Shown piece by piece: positions 58,629-64,000 of a stretch of 64,000 bases of DNA. Position 1 is the stretch's first letter, and each line of letters begins with the position of its first letter. The notes under the pieces are model-generated. The model saw only the letters and a program-made list of their open reading frames with translations. It had not been told where the DNA came from and did not search any database. This DNA comes from the human T2T-CHM13v2.0 reference genome, Homo sapiens. The DNA lies in NCBI RefSeq assembly GCF_009914755.1, contig NC_060948.1; one strand, given 5' to 3'. A program made the position numbers and the translations under genes.

Positions 58629-60755
58629 AGATCCATATTTTTTAAATGAAAAAAAATTTCAAAGGTACTCTGCTTGGTACAATAATCAAATGTATAAACT
58701 GAGGAATAAAACATAACCATGAAACCTACTTATAACTGCATATGGAAAATACAGAGGATAATTTTTTAAATAACATATTTTGAAAGCCTTAACTAGTAAT
58801 TTGAAGAGCTGGCATTTGAAAGGCCAGTATGAATATACCTTCAAATCAGCAACACAGGTTCCCCATGAGAAAAAGCAAACACAGGGAAAATAAAAACACA
58901 AAGGTTCAATCTCTTCTGACCTTTGAAAGACACAGCACAGACAGTGGTCCTTAGGACGAAGAGCAGGAGACCCCTAATTCCGTCACCATGGCGATAGGGC
59001 ATAAACATTGCTGGGTGAGGGCACAATCCACATTGTGTGGTCCAACTGCTGCCAGGAAGACAGGAGTGCTTTTACATAGACCGAAAGGTCATTGAAGGCT
59101 CAGAGTTTTGTTTCAAGAACTGAATCCCAAGCCCACACGTTATTAGGCTGCGCTTCTTAAAACAAGTTATGAGATGGGAAAAAGGGCACCCACAAACATA
59201 CGTATACATTATGTATATAATAATATACAGTATCATATATATAATATATATAACCTATGTATAATATTGTTTTACATCCTGCATCTTATGTTATATATAT
59301 TGTATAAAATATAATAATTGATAATATATAAGTTTTATAATTATACAATATGACATATAGTATATATTATAATTTATGACATATATAATATATGTTATAT
59401 ATCATATGTAGAATATATTATACGGTTAATATACGTATTAAATATAAATTATACATTATATATATTATATATAATATATCTGTTATATATAATACCCATT
59501 ATGCATAATATATATATTATGTCTATGTTATATATAGTATAAAACAACATATAATAATATATAATTGTATATATAAAATGCGACATATAATATATATTAT
59601 ATTTTATAACATATGTAATATATATTATATATTATATATAATACGTTGTATGTATAATACCTATATTAAATATATATTATATGACTATGTTATTAATTAC
59701 ATATCACATGTGTTATATATTATATATTTTACATAGAATATACCGGTTACATACAATATATACTATGTTACCTATAATGTGTAATTTATTACATGTAAAA
59801 TAAAGAATGCAATATATTATGTATAATTTATAATATACAATATGTGGAATGTGATATATATAACATATAATATATGATATATGATATACAGTATATGATA
59901 TATAACATACAAAATATGATTCCTAATATATATGGTATACAATATATATTTTATGATATGTATTCTATATGTTTTATATTCTGTTATATATAACTATTTG
60001 AAATTATATATAACTGTATAATATTTTATGTAAATATGTAATATAATATATATAACTATATAATATATTATAGATAACTATATATTATGTTATATATACT
60101 TTTATAACATAATTTACATAAAATATCATAATATAATATATATTATATTATTTCATATTATATAATATATATTACATATCACCCAATATAACTAACATAC
60201 ATAATATTATAATATAGATTATATTGTGTTATATTAAATATCATATATATCATGTATCATATATTCTATAATATATATTACACATTATATAATATGTATG
60301 TTGTCTATTATGTGATATATATAACTATATATATAATTATATTTTTATACATATAACTAGATAAACATGTAATTCTACATATTTTCATTTATAATATGTA
60401 GAATTATATAATCATATATAATTATTTATATTCTATAAAAATTTTATCATTATATAAATTATAATATATAAAAATTATAATATGTACTACAAATATATAT
60501 ATTATATATCATATATGATATAGTACCTTTGTTATATATCATAATACATATAAATGTGTATTATGTTATCTATAATTATATAATTTCATATATAAGATGT
60601 ATAATATGTATCATATATTATATATGTTATGTAATATATATAGTATATATAAGATGACACAGGATAAATATTATATACTATGACATATAAAATATATCAG
60701 GTTATATGTTACATATAAGGCATAGCACATAACATGTAATATGTATCATATATAA

Positions 60756-61047
60756 TTTTTTTTTAGACAGAATCTTGTCGTGTTGCACAGGGTGGGGTAC
60801 AATGGCGCCATCTTTGCTCACTGCAACTTCTGCCTCATGGGTCCAAGCGATTGTCCTCCCTCAGCCTCCCAGGTAGCTGGGACTACACCACACTGGGACT
60901 ACACCAGCTGCCACCATGCCTAGCTAATTTTTTGTATTTTTAGTAGTGACAGCGTTTCACTGTATTGGCCAGTATGGTCTTGATCTCTTCACCTTGTGAT
61001 CCCCTTGCCTTGGCCTCCAAATTTGCTGGGATTACAGGCCTGAGCCA
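60756..61047 (-). mobile_element. Alu copy, unit 26
   Basis: Same Alu; gtcgtgtt, catggg, ttgtatt and agtatggt variants. Confidence 0.93.
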
Positions 61048-63152
61048 AGATCCATATTTTTTAAATGAAAAAAAATTTCAAAGGTACTCTGCTTGGTACA
61101 ATAATCAAATGTATAAACTGAGGAATAAAACATAACCATGAAACCTACTTATAACTGCATATGGAAAATACAGAGGATAATTTTTTAAATAACATATTTT
61201 GAAAGCCTTAACTATTAATTTGAAGAGTTGGCATTTGAAAGGCCAGTATGAATATACCTTCAAAGCAGCAACACAGGTTCCCCATGAGAAAAAGCAAACA
61301 CAGGGAAAATAAAAACACAAAGGTTCAATCTCTTCTGACCTTTGAAAGACACAGCACAGACAGTGGTCCTTAGGACGAAGAGCAGGAGACCCCTAATTCC
61401 GTCACCATGGCGATAGGGCATAAACATTGCTGGGTGAGGGCACAATCCACATTGTGAGGTCCAACTGCTGCCAGGAAGACAGGAGTGCTTTTACATAGAC
61501 CGAAAGGTCATTGAAGGCTCAGAGTTTTGTTTCAAGAACTGAATCCCAAGCCCACACGTTATTAGGCTGCGCTTCTTAAAACAAGTTATGAGATGGGAAA
61601 AAGGGCACCCACAAACATACGTATACATTATGTATATAATAATATACAGTGTCATATATTTAATATATATAACCTATGTATAATATTGTTTTACATCCTG
61701 CATCTTATGTTATATATATTGTATAAAATATAATAATTGATAATATATAAGTTTTATAATTATACAATATGACATATAGTATATATTATAATTTATGACA
61801 TATATAATATATGTTATATGTCATATATAGAATATATTATACGGTTAATATACGTATTAAATATAAATTATACATTATATATATTATATATAATATATCT
61901 GTTATATATAATACCCATTATGCATAATATATATATTATGTCTATGTTATATATAGTATAAAACAACATATAATAATATATAATTGTATATATAAAATGC
62001 GACATATAATATATATTATATTTTATAACATATGTAATTTATATTATATATTATATATAATACGTTGTATGTATAATACCTATATTAAATATATATTATA
62101 TGACTATGTTATTAATTACATGTCACATGTGTTATATATTATATATTTTACATAGAATATACCGGTTACATACAATATATACTATGTTACCTATAATGTA
62201 TAATTTATTACATGTAAAATAAAGAATGCAATATATTATGTATAATTTATAATATACCATATGTGGAATGTGATATATATAACATATAATATATGATATA
62301 TGATATACAGTATATGATATATAACATACAATATATGATTCCTAGTATATATTGTATACAATATATATTTTATGATATGTATTCTATATGTTTTATATTC
62401 TGTTATATATAACTATTTGAAATTATATATAACTGTATAATATTTCATGTAAATATGTAATATAATATATATAACTATATAATATATTACATATAACTAT
62501 ATATTACGTTATATATACTTTTATAACATAATTTACATAAAATATCATAATGTAATATATATTATATTATTTCATATTACATAATATATATTACATATCA
62601 CCCAATATAACTAACATACATAATATTATAATATAGATTATATTGTGTTATATTAAATATCATATATATCATGTATCATATATTATATAATATATATTAC
62701 ACATTATATAATATGTATGTTGTCTATTATGTGATATATATAACTATATATATAATTATATTTTTATACATATAACTAGATAAACATGTAATTCTACATA
62801 TTTTCATTTATAATATGTAGAATTATATAATCATATATAATTATTTATATTCTATAAAAAATTTTATCATAATATAAATTATAATATATAAAAATTATAA
62901 TATGTACTACAAATATATATATTATATATCATATATGATATAGTACCTTTGTTATATATCATAATACATATAAATGTGTATTATGTTATCTATAATTATA
63001 TAATTTCATATATAAGATGTATAATATGTATCATATATTATATATGTTATGTAATATATATAGTATATATAAGATGACACAGGATAAATATTATATACTA
63101 TGACATATAAAATATATGAGGTTATATGTTACATATAAGGCATAGCACATAA

Positions 63153-63467
<315 letters not shown>

Positions 63468-64000
63468 AGATCCATATTTTTTAAATGAAAAAAAATTTCA
63501 AAGGTACTCTGCTTGGTACAATAATCAAATGTATAAACTGAGGAATAAAACATAACCATGAAACCTACTTATAACTGCATATGGAAAATACAGAGGATAA
63601 TTTTTTAAATAACATATTTTGAAAGCCTTAACTAGTAATTTGAAGAGCTGGCATTTGAAAGGCCAGTATGAATATACCTTCAAATCAGCAACACAGGTTC
63701 CCCATGAGAAAAAGCAAACACAGGGAAAATAAAAACACAAAGGTTCAATCTCTTCTGACCTTTGAAAGACACAGCACAGACAGTGGTCCTTAGGACGAAG
63801 AGCAGGAGACCCCTAATTCCGTCACCATGGCGATAGGGCATAAACATTGCTGGGTGAGGGCACAATCCACATTGTGAGGTCCAACTGCTGCCAGGAAGAC
63901 AGGAGTGCTTTTACATAGACCGAAAGGTCATTGAAGGCTCAGAGTTTTGTTTCAAGAACTGAATCCCAAGCCCACACGTTATTAGGCTGCGCTTCTTAAA

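Overview
The whole 64 kb window is one head-to-tail tandem array of a ~2.42 kb composite primate satellite (about 26.5 units, measured spacings 2414-2429 bp, mode 2420). Each unit has three parts: a diverged, slightly 5'-truncated AluY/Sc-like element on the minus strand (~290 bp), a ~570 bp moderately GC-containing segment (HSATI-like), and ~1.55 kb of extremely AT-rich degenerate (TA)n sequence. This architecture, the unit length and the ~2.15 kb largest HaeIII fragment match human HSat1B/DYZ2, most likely from Yq12 heterochromatin. I see no credible protein-coding genes, RNA genes, CRISPR arrays or new enzymatic system, and all ORFs are repeat-derived. The informative signal is in variation between units: a recently amplified block of 4 near-identical units, a diverged stretch, an abrupt subfamily switch near 22 kb, and then nested dimer, monomer and tetramer duplications with chimeric units and probable short gene-conversion tracts. 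All variant typing was done by eye.
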